Shown piece after piece: positions 1 through 12,100 of a stretch of DNA of 64,000 nucleotides; position 1 is the first letter of the stretch; every line of letters starts with the position of its first letter. A program made the position numbers and the translations under genes. Under the pieces are notes generated by a model. That model saw only the letters and a program-made list of their open reading frames with translations, was not told the DNA's origin and searched no databases. The DNA comes from Haplodiscus bocki (taxonomy: Eukaryota), in contig OZ296659.1 of assembly GCA_965655095.1 (NCBI GenBank), positions 46,500,001 to 46,564,000 of the forward strand, read 5' to 3'.

Positions 1-1964
1 GGAAGGTGTAAAGTTCTTGCAACTTCGTGTGGAGGTTAGTCATTGGTCAACGGATGACGGTCTCCTGAGCATGGGCGTAGAATTATGCTATGATAGTCAA
101 AAGCGTTAGTTTTGGTAACGCGTGTTCGTAGGTTCCTTTTGCTTCACATTCCAGGCGGCGAGCCTCCGAAAAGGATTTTTTTTCGCAAGCTGCTACAAAG
201 TAGGCAAAACAATGGATGGCTCCCTCACAACAACAACAACAACAACAGCTAACGGAGGATTCCTCATCGATCTGCTTTTTACTCCCCGTTTTCAGCTTGC
301 TCGGTAAATTAATGAATTCTTGCATCCATCAATCAATTACTTGAACATCACCGGCGTATCTGCTGAGCTACTTCCTTGTGTGACTTCAAATCTTGTGTAG
401 AGTTGTTTCTAGTAGTCGCACCCTACGGCTGTTTCGCTAGTCAAAGATAATTTGGGCGTCTATGGGATGAGTCTGCATAAAGACTTGGTTGTCATTCGAC
501 GGAATGAGAGGAAAAACTGGAAAAACTTACAGGAACGCATTTATGACGCAGGAGCCAACTGCTTTTTTACAGCAGCAATGCATACAATTTTTGCAGTTGT
601 GAATGATTTGCAATCAGTACCGTTCAGCTGGCTAGGTAGGTATAGGCATTCGTTTACATTACTTTGAGTCCATCGCGGAAAAAGATTTTGTCTTGATCGC
701 AGTCATGACTCAATTTTTTTGTCGAGAGTTTCAAACCAGCAAGCCGAGGGACCAAATTGATCAAAAATTTTTCAGGCGAAAAATTCTCTTTATAAAAGAC
801 ACGCGTTTGTTTTATGAAAATTTTGCCGTTAGTACTGAGCTACTAACCATTCGGCTTAAAAGGCAACCAAAACAATAAAATATTTCCAAAAATGAAAAAA
901 ATTAACACGCTCAGCGAAAGGCAAGACGGCAGATAAGGATTCACTTGTAAGCATTCAGCCAGTTAGGGGCAGGGGTCATATTAAATCGTTTATCTTCGAA
1001 GCCCTAATACACAAGTTAGTCAAATGTTGTCTTGTTTACTGCTCACGGTCTCAGCTTAGTCGGAAAAATGCAAAGTTTTTGAAATGAAGACCACCTGATT
1101 TAAACTTAGGTTGCAGCCAGGCTAAATAAAGCACCTAAGATATTGGAGTTTCTTCAGCGATCTCTCTGGTGACCCAAACAACAACAAAAGTTTCACTTCC
1201 GCAAGGAAAAGCACTCAAGATCTCTTCTCTGCGGGACACGCACGTCAATTGAACTTTGGTGATCAGTTTCTACGGTGATTGAAACTGCCAAAGGAATGTT
1301 TTGAATAGAACTTCCCGGGATTTGGAGCTAGCAGACTGCAAGTTTCAGGGCTGGGTACTTGCGATGGAAAACTACTTTTGTCAAGCTAGTCGTCGTCACC
1401 GAGTGTTGGTTTTTGGGCGTTGTGTGTGACTCACGGGTTTATCAAAATCTCTGTTTTTAAGAATTTCACCTTTTCTATTATCTCCAAACAGGGATTGAAT
1501 TTTTTCTGGTGAACAAACACGTTTCGTTGAGAATCTTGAGGAAACAAGAATTGCACTTGATATATGTGAATTTAACCAGCAGCTCCTTTCTTCATAAGTG
1601 ATTACCCGAAATATTGACTGGGAGAAAACACTCTGTACTTATTCAAACACACATGTGAACCTCAGGTCCGGGAGGACTATCTGCAACGTATATAGTAAGG
1701 GTACCCGAACCGTTGGTAGCATTCAGTTCTTTGTTCCCCGAGTAGCTCTAAAACAAATGCTAACGCTGGCTGGCCGAGTTGCAATATTCTTCACGAATCG
1801 TGAATTTAAATGAAAACTCAATGTTTTCTCACATTAAATCTCCATTCGCTCGTAAATTTTCCGTTAGTCCATGGGCGTCAAGTACGCTGCTCGACTCGGA
1901 ATACCCTGCGCATTGTCTGTTTGTTGGGTAATGTTCGAGTGGACGATAAGTTGTTGTCTCTATT

Positions 1965-2088
1965 GTGTGTGTGTGTGTGTGTGTGTCTGTGTGTTTGTGT
2001 TTACGTGTGTGTGTTTGTGTGTGTGAAGGTGTAGGTTTTTGCGTATGAGCGTATGTGTATGCGTGTGTCTTTGAGATTTCGTGTGTGT

Positions 2089-2173
<85 letters not shown>
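1965..2173. repeat. Compound (GT)n/(GA)n microsatellite
   Basis: Long tgtgtg tracts followed by a gagaga tract, next to an assembly gap. Confidence 0.95.
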
Positions 2174-2211
2174 TGTGATAGTACGCTTGCGTGTGTGCTT
2201 GTTTAGGTTTG

Positions 2212-2340
2212 NNNNNNNNNNNNNNNNNNNNNNNNNNNNNNNNNNNNNNNNNNNNNNNNNNNNNNNNNNNNNNNNNNNNNNNNNNNNNNNNNNNNNNNNN
2301 NNNNNNNNNNNNNNNNNNNNNNNNNNNNNNNNNNNNNNNN
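2212..2340. other. Assembly gap (129 N)
   Basis: Run of N. Confidence 1.
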
Positions 2341-3619
2341 CAGTACGAGCTGAAAAAAGTTGCAGTGATGGTTAATCGAAGGCAAGTTTTTCGCCGTCCA
2401 AAATGATTTTCCGTGTCTCGATGCCCTGCAACAAACAGTCCTATTGGTTCCTACTCTTGTTCAGCAAGTTTGCCCAGTCCTTACTTCAACATATTTTTTA
2501 CCGAGTATATTTTGGTCTAAATTCCTCCAGTTGCAGCATGTCACAGGATATTTTTTTTCAACATTGAGTGCCATTCTCTGATTGGAAGCAGCTGATGTCC
2601 CCGCCAACACCACTGATCTTTTGGAGTCAGCACACAGAATAACTTTGGGAAAATCATCGCGTTGGAAGAAATTCTTGAATCAGACGTTAAAAAGCCAAAC
2701 TTATCATTCAGAAAACGAGTAGACTTTGTTCGAAAGAAGTTCATTGTTTGTTTCATGGCGAAAATTGGGGAAAATTAATTCATCGAAATCGTTGTCAGTG
2801 GGCGTGAGTTCTTGGTTTACATCGTCCGAGAGGAAAAAATTTTGGTTTCTGTGTGACAAGGTTGACTGTTGGATACAACAAGTTGAAATCGTAGATGTTT
2901 TTGTGTGCTATCGTTTCGCTATAGCAGTCGAAATGACTTCTGAAGGTTGAATTTCTGGCGCTGGCCAAAACTGTTTTCTTTCTGTCGATCTGATAGTGGG
3001 ACGAATGTTTCGCAACAGGAATCCATTTCCCGTTCGACCAAAGAGATGTGCGTGTCAGAGATCTAGACCTTTTGACATATTTCTTGCCACTTTCTCGAGT
3101 GCTGATGGCCGCATCAGAGGTTGCTGATTCCAGTGAGTATTGCTGTGTGAGTGGTCGCAAACCAAAGGAGAAGTGACTCCTCCGTAATAAGAGGAGAAGG
3201 AGTCTCTTTCTGGTTGATGTACCTTAGATATGTTGATACAAGAAATTCATCAACAGATGCACTTTCGTAATCAGGTAAAACAAACTCGACGTTTTTCATC
3301 TGAAGGACGTTCCAATCGGATGAGTAGCTAGGTCGGGGTTTTGGTCGTTTACAGGAAGGCATCACCTGGAAACCGTGTACCACCGGCCATATTTTTGTAC
3401 TTCAGATAAATTCACTCGACCTCACGATATCTGAATGATTTTGTTGAGCATTGATCAAAAACGGCTCTGCTATACACTATGATCGAATTTGCCAGTTCAA
3501 AAGCAACTGTATCTCTCAGGCGGTTGTCATAGTACTCCTGTTGTCGTCGTTAGCTTTGTTGAGTATTCTGTTGTGCTAACTGATAATATTCTTGCTGTCT
3601 TCGCGGGGTGCTTGTGATG

Positions 3620-5990
3620 TGATGTTTTCATCTAATTTTCTGAGGAACAATTTCATGAAAAAAATGTTGACAACAAAATGTTTTCTCTTGACGGGTATGC
3701 ACTTGGTATTGTCTCAATCTGATTGTTCCGTTCAGAGTTATATTGTAAACCCCGATAGTTTTTTTTTGTGATTTTATTACCGGCCTAAAAATAGTAGTGA
3801 ACAGGAAGCATGAAACTTTGAGGAGTGTTTGATTGTGTTCTTCCACTATGGTGTAGGTTGTTCGGGTGTTGAAATCAATTGCGTTTCTCGAATTGTTTGC
3901 ATCACAAGTTTTTTTTATTAGAACCAAAAACTCTGGTCCACTGTCAGACAGGTTGAAAACTAGGGACCCGTAACCTGAAAACAAGTTTTTGATCATATAA
4001 TCGTAGGTTGTCAAAGAAATTTGATCATAACATTGGATATTTCCGGCCAGTTTGGAGAAATCGATGAATATGACGAATTTGTTAGAATTTCCCATGGTTA
4101 TACGGGAAATTTAACTGGTCGCCCAATAAGTAGTCATTCAACTCGAATGACTTTTTTACCCCAAACATAAGTTGGTTTGGTCTAGCGGTCTCTTTACACG
4201 CCGGCAGTGAAGAAAAGAAGCAAACCATTCAACACCTTGTCGTGCATTCTAGGCCATTCGAAGGTTAAAAAAAATTTGGGTAAATCTTTCTTGTCCCTGG
4301 AGTCTCTCCAGGTCAAGTGAAGAATTCAAAGAACGCAGAGTGTGGTCTGTTGCCATTCGCGGGAATCGGAAGACTCATTGCGGTGCCCTCACTCTAAAGG
4401 TATCCCTTGGCAACAAACAATCTGTTAGAGTTTCCATTTCTCTTTCTCTTTACCCCAGAGAGTAACTTCCAGGATTTTTGAGAAGGGTAGTCATGTTAAG
4501 GGAAATTCCTTGAGTTACACTGTTTACTTCTTGAGCTTTCTTCAAACTCGCAACCTCTGTTTGTCAGTGAGTGAGTTGTGATACGTTCTATTTTCTTTCT
4601 GAGTTTCCATTTCGCATCGTTTATCGTGTCAGACTCCGAGTTGTTGTTTTTTCAAAGCCTAGCCACTGCAAAGCATGAGGCGGAAAAACAAATTGGCAAA
4701 CCGGTGTGGTTGTGCTCCAAATCTCCGATTGGTCAACGGTGAGGATCTTTTTTAGGTGCCACTGATTATTCACCGTGCTTTTGTTGAGAGTGGAATGAGA
4801 CTCTATTTGGAGTCTCTTCTACTTTAAACTTCAATTGCTTTGCTGAGTTTTCGAGCGTTTTGTTGTTTTTTTTTTGGTCTCGGTGATATATTTCAATATG
4901 GTATTGGTTACGTCGGGTAATCCACTCTCTGTTATTACCGTTGTCGTTGCAAATGGTTCTTAGCCACAAATGCACTTGTTTTTACACTGGAGGAAAGCTT
5001 TCTCAACCAAGAACAGAGGAACCTTTTTTGGTAAAAGTGAGCGACTGCTAATATACTGGCTACCGGAGATCCGTATCTTCATTTAGCTTCAGTGGAGACT
5101 CGGATTCGATAACAAAGGTTTCATGGTGTTTTTCCTCGGATGTTTTTCGAAAAGTCAAAGTTAAGATAATGACCGCATGGGTAGCATCGCCGTGCCAGAA
5201 GACCCTCTCCTCTGGAGCAGCATCCATCTTTATAATGGTCTAAAACAACTTCACCTTCCTCCGTCTATGAGAAATGTCTCGTTAATCTGAAAGACTTTTG
5301 AGAAGTTTGGTGTTTGCTGAGTAGACAACAACGAAGTCCCGGTAGTTGTTGGCTGATCAAAAGAGACGGTGTCTTTCTATGCAAGTGCAGGGAAAACCCA
5401 AAAGTAGTCACTTTCGCTAATTCAGGACCGAGAGAGACCTCATTTATCCCACTACAAGTATAGTTACCGGATTCGTTCTCATGATTCCGTAATTAACCGA
5501 TCTCAACATACACCCCGCATCCGGGAGAAAAACGAAGATTTCTTGGATGTCTGAAAAGTGATCCTCAGCAGTTGTTGTGGCGACGACAGAATCGCCGAAG
5601 TATTGCTTGTCCACTCTTCTGTTTTGAGGATTGACGGCTCCTACAGCCATAGTCATGTTACTTTGACAGCTAGAAAGCATCTTCTAAAGCCACTCCAACG
5701 TTCTCTTCTATTGGAAATGACGTATTTCACTGGCATATATGCCTTTGCTTTGTCGTCGTTGTCGATCGCAACTTGCATCACGGCAAAATTAATATCTCAA
5801 TACGCCAAAAAAAATAGTATTCCAAACGGGAGGTGTCCAAACCATCGAAGTGGAAGAGCGCCTCATAGACTCTTTTATTTGAATTTTCGACGTTACCACG
5901 CATCAGCAATCAGTTGCCCTGTTGTTGTCGTCCCTTTTCATGCTCCAGGCCCAAAAACAGCAGAAAACTTGGACTAAACCTCAACCTATT
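3620..5990 (-). mobile_element. Decayed Ty3/Gypsy LTR-retrotransposon pol relic (RT-RNaseH-integrase order)
   Basis: Minus-strand fragments: RT YFGDSVVATTTAEDHFSDIQEIFVFLPDAG (degenerate YxDD...H...F...AG, ~5500-5600); RNaseH end WL...REWI...QYHIEIYHR (~4800-4975); integrase FEWPRMHDKV (~4230-4260) and SDSGPEF...EEHNQTLL...YN (3628-4095). Many stops and frameshifts. Confidence 0.7.
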
Positions 5991-6699
5991 AACTACGTAT
6001 TTTTTTCCTCTCATCACATTGAAGTAACCCTTCCTATGTCTCTGCTTTGTGGTATTGTATCAAGTGTGAGGTCAGATTTGTAGTCCATTATGCTATATCT
6101 TTCCAGGTATGCTTTACTTTGTTGAAGAATTGGTTTCAACTCAATTGAAGGTGTCTGAATCACCGAACAGTTCAGTTTTGAAACCACTTTCCAGTTTCTC
6201 AATGTTGTACAAAGTTTTCTTATCATGTGTTAAAATTCAATGATCTTAGTCAACATGTTGAAAACTTAATAGCATCCCTCAACAAATGCTATAAGTGAGT
6301 TCTGAGAAAATGAACAAATTACAGTAGCCTCCTCAGAAAGCAAATGCAACATGTTGTCTTTAGCTAAAACTAGAAGAAATACTGAAAACTTTGTGAGCGT
6401 TCAACTTGTTGCCGTTGGTTTTTTTATTTTAGAATAATAACTATTGCATTGAGTGCAGTCGCAGCCGTTTGTCTTTTTGTTGACAATGGTTGCTAAAATG
6501 TGTCCTATAACATCATCCGAAGTATCATCGGACCAGAGAATGCAGTCTGTTCTGATGTAACTATGAAGAGAGGTTTTCAAGCGTATAGACTGCATGTCAG
6601 CGTTTTCCGTCCTACTGGCTTCGTTCAAGCCAACTTAAGTTTACGGGTGTCTTCGCTGTTTTTTGCATAAATATGATCTTTCGGATGACAAATCACCAT

Positions 6700-9050
6700 C
6701 GACTATTAACGCAGATCTTTATAAGTCAATAGAATTTATGTAAAAGTCTACTAGCTTCATCCACCAGCCCTGCTTTACGAAAACTTCACATTCGGTTTCC
6801 CTCCTGGGCAATATTTGTCCGCAGTCTTTTCTGAAGAAATTTATTTGGTCATTTTCAACCTTGTTTCCCTTGTTTGATGAGAAGTGGAACAAATCCAAGC
6901 ACTTTTGACATTTAAGCATCACGTTGACGTAGTCTTTTCTCGTATGAAACCTCTTCGATACTCTGTAAAAAACTGTCCGAGGGGTTTTAATTTTTCTTGA
7001 CAGGTCCACTTTTGATCCAATACTACACCAATATAAGCATGCACAGCTGCATTGTGGGTACCAGTAACTTCGAGCAAATGCTGATCCCAGTCGAATGGAT
7101 GTCGTATTTGATGAAACCTCAACAAAATTAACAAATTCGCTCCTTTCGTGCACGGTTGTTGGCTTGCGGAAAACATTTGCATTTTAAACCAGCTTGAAAA
7201 AGAGTCTAACTAAGTCGATTGCGAACTGCTTCGGGTTGTACCACCGATTTTAAGCAGGTCAAAGGTATCGCTTAAAGCATCGTTTGAATGGCCTATCAAA
7301 AGTTTCCACATTTCCGTATTCACAGCAATGAACGACTTCTACTTTATTTGAGAACAATGGAACCTGAAAAAGAATGTTCTTCGAAACAGTTGTGAGGGTT
7401 TTAGGTGATACATTTGAATCAGTTCATCGAATCGATACCTAATAGCTTTTTAGTTTTCAGGAATCATTTTAATGTAAGGCGTTCAGTTTTGCTGCCATAT
7501 AGTGCAAATAGTGATCCTTCCTGCAATAAACCAGGCCATTCCAATCGTTGCAATAGTCGGCGACTGATCTTATGGGTGCTTTGATAACTTGAATAGTCTT
7601 GAGCCAAAAGCGGATTTTTGGAGTGATTTACTTGGAACGAAACTATTCGTCCATTGCGTTGTAGATTCCGCTCATCCACCTTTGTTCGATAACAAAGTTT
7701 TGCTCGAAAGTTAACGTAGAGACTTGTTTTTCAGCTGCGAAATCGTCGTTTTGTGCATCGAATGACAGTTCACGGAAACGAGACCAGGATAGAGTTCCCG
7801 TTTTCTAACAGAGTTTTGACAGCTTCGATTTTTGTAACAGATTTTTTTTGGCTTTTACATAACCTTTTAACAGTATTTTTGTGCGTTTTTCAGATTACAA
7901 GACATTCCTTACCGGACATTTTTCACGACAATTGAGAGCTACAAACAAGTTTTTTGTTCAATTGATATTTCCTTTTAGCTTTCGAAAATTGTTGGAAACC
8001 TGAAACGACATAGAAAAAAGATGCAGCTCCAGTGACAGTGAAGAAGTTAACAACAATCGGGCGGGTTCTTACATTCAGACTTTTTGCCAGGGTTAAGTCG
8101 GACAATTTCCACTAACCAAGGAGGGAGAGGAATTTTTTCATATTCTTTTTTCTTAAAACAAATTTCTGGTAATTTGACTGCCATTCGAATTTCTTTTTTG
8201 TTTCCTGTAACAAACAGTTATTTCACCCAAACCAACAGTATTTTTATATTTGATTTTACTCTTTTATTGCGTTGCAAGATGGTGAGTAACTGATTAGAAA
8301 AACCATCTACCAGTGACTTGTGTTTTCTTTCCTTATCGTTTTAACGAAGATGGCTCTCAGCTAATATGTATAAAGATGAAATCGCGAATTTTCAATAATG
8401 AAAAAGCAACTCGACGAGGTAAAAACATCTCACTTCCCGGCTTTTGGACACCTGAATTTTGTTCAACTTTCTATTTAAAGATTCATTAACTCTTTTAGAT
8501 TGGTCTCCGATTGGTACTTTTCCAATAAAACGTTCGTCTCTGTCCGAATAGGGGAATCAGTGTCTCAGTAGAACCTTCCTGCTAAGGCCACTTCACAAGA
8601 GGTTTTTTTACAGAATAAAAAAGCGTACCGAACATCGTTGTTCGGTTGGAAATATTTAGTGGAGCGAGTCAAATCATTCGGAGGTTTAAAGTCAGCAGCA
8701 TAGCGAACGTTGAACTCTTGATAAGTTTTTCAAAAACTTGTAATTCTTTCCACTACCACAACAAGTTTTCCAAACTTTTGAAGATGCTGCCTTTTCTGGG
8801 TCTGTCTCATACATTCATTTTTCCCATTCGTCCCATATATAACATAATCCGTCTTGATTTGAGTTTGAACGGTTCTAAACTTCAATCCAGCATTTCTCAT
8901 AACAATAAACACTCTTCTCAAACGGTGCAAGCGGTCTTCTGGTGTAACTGCAGCTGTAACCACCAGATCCATATAACACAACACGAGGACTTAATCGTGT
9001 CCTATTTTAGACCACAATCATCTGTTCAAGGAAGAGCAGTAACACTTTTC
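6700..9050 (-). mobile_element. Second decayed Ty3/Gypsy pol relic
   Basis: RT LCYMDLVVTAAVTPEDRLHRLRRVFIVMRNAGLK (8730-8984); integrase Zn region NGRIV...AQD...RLLQRLEWPGL (7464-7679); integrase core DWDQHLLEVTGTHNAAVHAYIG (6919-7182). Confidence 0.7.
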
Positions 9051-9339
9051 AGTGTTTAAGCATTCATGTTTTAATCAGCTTTTGACAAAGAAAAACAGTT
9101 TTTTAAGCACTCGCTTGTTTTCCTAGAAGTCTGTAGGGGGCTGGTCTGAACTGAGTAAGATAGTTCAATCAGCTCTAAATCGACTAGGGTGCGAATTTTT
9201 TCTTCCGCTGGTTCAGATTCAAAAGATGTCATAAAAGGGAACTGAGCTTGGTTCTGAGGCTGTGTAGGGGCTTGTTTGATGACATTGCGCCAAATTGTTT
9301 ACATACAATATGAAAGCAAAATCATCATCTCAAACAGTG

Positions 9340-9787
9340 CGTTTCTTACATGACGTTTGCCAATTGCATTCACGTTTCCGGAGTTCGTTCTCGGGTCTGA
9401 ACGTGAAGATTGCTTCACACTAATTTGTAACAAGTTTGCCGTGGAATGCGACCAAAAAACGATTTCTCAAAACGTTCAAAGTTTGGGTTCTCTTGAAAAA
9501 TTAGATTGTTTCTTCGATGAAAACATATTTTTTTTTCAAAATCGTTAAACTTGGCAAATTTGCTGTACAATGTGTATCAAATGGTACTATTTTCTATGGA
9601 CGCCTTATCGGCCTCATTTACAAGGTTTTGTTGGAAGAAAATCAGAAAAGTTTCAACGTTGGAATAATTAGAAATCATGATGAAAGATGAGAGTTCTTTC
9701 GAGAAAAAAACGTTTTCATCTTTTTAAAAGCCTTCTTTACAAAATTGGAGAACCCAGAATTTGCGGGTGATGGCCGGCCATCTTGTT
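9340..9787 (+). mobile_element. Putative non-autonomous Helentron-like (HINE/DINE-type) element; 5' limit uncertain
   Basis: Ends in a perfect 14-bp palindrome GATGGCCGGCCATC (9769-9782) whose last C begins a terminal CTTGTT; lies between the Gypsy RT relic and the gag-like relic. Confidence 0.3.
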
Positions 9788-10399
9788 ATATCTCTATTTG
9801 CTATGTGACTTTTCAAACCTTCTTTTATCAAAATCTCAAACTCTGAGAGAATTAGAATTATGTTCTTTTTAATTTCTCAATTTCTGCTAGCATATTTTTG
9901 TTTCCCTTCGAACCAGTTTTAGGAAGCTCAGACCTATCACCTAAAACGTCGCGTAGAGCAGAAGAACAAGGCTTTCTTTTTAGTGGCAACTATCAGAAGG
10001 GACAAATGTTAATTTGTGATTGGAAAACAAAATACAAACTCATACCTGAAGCTCTAGTTGAAACCCTTAGGACAGTTACAAATATGTGGACATAATTATC
10101 ATTGATAGCGGTGGTTTATCCCGAGAACGTGTCAAAATAATCATCAGAAAGAGCCTTTGAATTTATTTTGAGTTTACCTAACTGTTTAGGCACCTTAACT
10201 TGCACGAAAAGTCTTCGCTGGTGGGTTGACAACTGATGAACGAAAGTTCGGCATTCTCAAACTTTTCCACAGTAGTTGGCTTTGGAAAAGGATCAATATT
10301 GGGATTTGACTTAGGCTCAGGAGACTTTTGTGCGTGCAAATTAAGTGTGCTTAATGTATGATATTTTTCTCGAGCAAATCCCGAATCACAAAAAAGGAG

Positions 10400-12100
10400 C
10401 CTGCTTTTCATTTCCAACATTATCGAATGCTACTAGCCTTGCCACTCCATCCGTGAAGACTGGTTTATTGTATTTTCAACTAAAGCGCCCAGTTATTTCC
10501 GTATGTTAGCTTCCTTCGATCGGAGATTTCGTCAAGCAGAGAACCCCATGAGCGGGGGACCAGCAGTCGTATCAGTCATATTACTAACCTTCCTTCTAGG
10601 ACCTTCCATATGACAATAATAGAAGCTAGTGAAGAGCACCAGGTTAGTTGGATGATGGTTTCAGCCGATTTTTCCATTGAAATCAACGGATAATTGAAGT
10701 TGGAACCCTTGTTCACCGAAGTCAATTTTTTCTATGCTTGCTTCAGGACAAAATTTATCTAAAACTTCAAGGTCTTTGTTCAGGATGTCTGAACCATCGA
10801 TGTTCAAAGCAACACCTGGGGTTTAGAAACGGTGTTTCGTTTTGTTGGAAAAGAAAAAATCGTGTCGGATCTCCAATAGGAGGTTTTCGTTTCCCTGTGG
10901 GTCACGAAATTGGTTGTTGGTATCTTCTCATACAAGCGTGAAACAGATACTGGATCCAATTGTGTTATCTGGTATTCCTACCACAAGGAACAGAAACCTC
11001 TTTGATTTCTGACGATTCTGCCATATATCATTCAGAGCGAGACGGCTGCCAGCTGCGATTGCATGGCCAGTAACTAGATTGACAGAGCAAGCAATGCTGT
11101 AACTACAGTGCCATTTGTGGGTGTTGAAAAAGTATTATCAAATCGTTTAGATGAGCAGCTTTGTTAACGTCTCGGAAGGACACCACACAACGGTTCAGGA
11201 AGAAGCGCACAATCTCATGTTGTTTAGGGGCATTCTCAGATAAAGTTTCTAAATTTTCCTCAAAAAACTATACGTCTTTGTTGGCGTTAGGTTGTTTTGG
11301 GTTCACTCCAGTGGTAAAGACAGCGTGGTTGGAGGGAGATGTAGGCAGCTGGCTGGTTTGCAACGGTGGGTGCGGTATTGAAAAGTATGTAGAGAATACA
11401 ATAGTATGGGCAGGTTGCACCTCTGAATTCAATTTGATACTTTTCCAAATCCATTCATTTTCGTCGGCTACAAAAACAACTGCTCAACATTGGGATAATT
11501 CGTTACACATTTTTCATCATTGTACTACAGAGTCATTGTTTTTTTTGTGCGCGACACCATTGATGCATCGGCCATCGGTGAATGAATTTGTGAAAGCCAG
11601 GGTCTCTGCTCCTCGATTATGCACATATACTTAACTTTTCAAGATGGTTCGTAAGGTGATAGAGACCGTGTCGGTGTTTTCGTCTTGGCAAAGCAGAATC
11701 TGCACAAGTTTGAGCTTTTCGGACCCCATACCGAATCGAGTTGACAAAAATTCAAACATTTTGTCATTGGTGCTGTACGTAGCACAAAGCTCAGTCAAAG
11801 TGGAATCGCGGTCCCCTTTTATCAATTAACTTGTCATAAACAAAGTTTCCAATTTAAGTGATCGTATTTGGCGATACGAATCAAGCTTCATCACCTCTAT
11901 TGAAAATTCAACCTTTCCACTTTCTGTACCGGTATAGTTTTCAGGTTTAATTCTCTTAGCACTTGAAACATGGGTTGTTTGACCATTCCAAGTTTTCAAG
12001 AAAACGTAACTGGGTGATTTGATGTATATCGATCAGCTTCCTGGAAATCTAACAATAAATCACATTGCAAAGTGGAAGAACTCGCAATTTTTTGCACAAT
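10400..12100 (-). mobile_element. Possible gag/protease region of the Gypsy relic
   Basis: Fragment KGDRDSTLTELCATY...FEFLSTRFGMG...LLCQDENT (11631-11825) resembles retrotransposon gag (L..RFG...Q...E). It is on the same strand as, and upstream of, the RT at 8730-8984. Confidence 0.35.

Noticed and set aside
30-50. Another TGACTA on the minus strand near the window start
   Set aside because: No recognisable ORF1 or APE motifs around it; a hexamer is expected by chance
1810-2406. ORFs with CV/ER repeats or X runs
   Set aside because: Translation of a microsatellite and an N-gap
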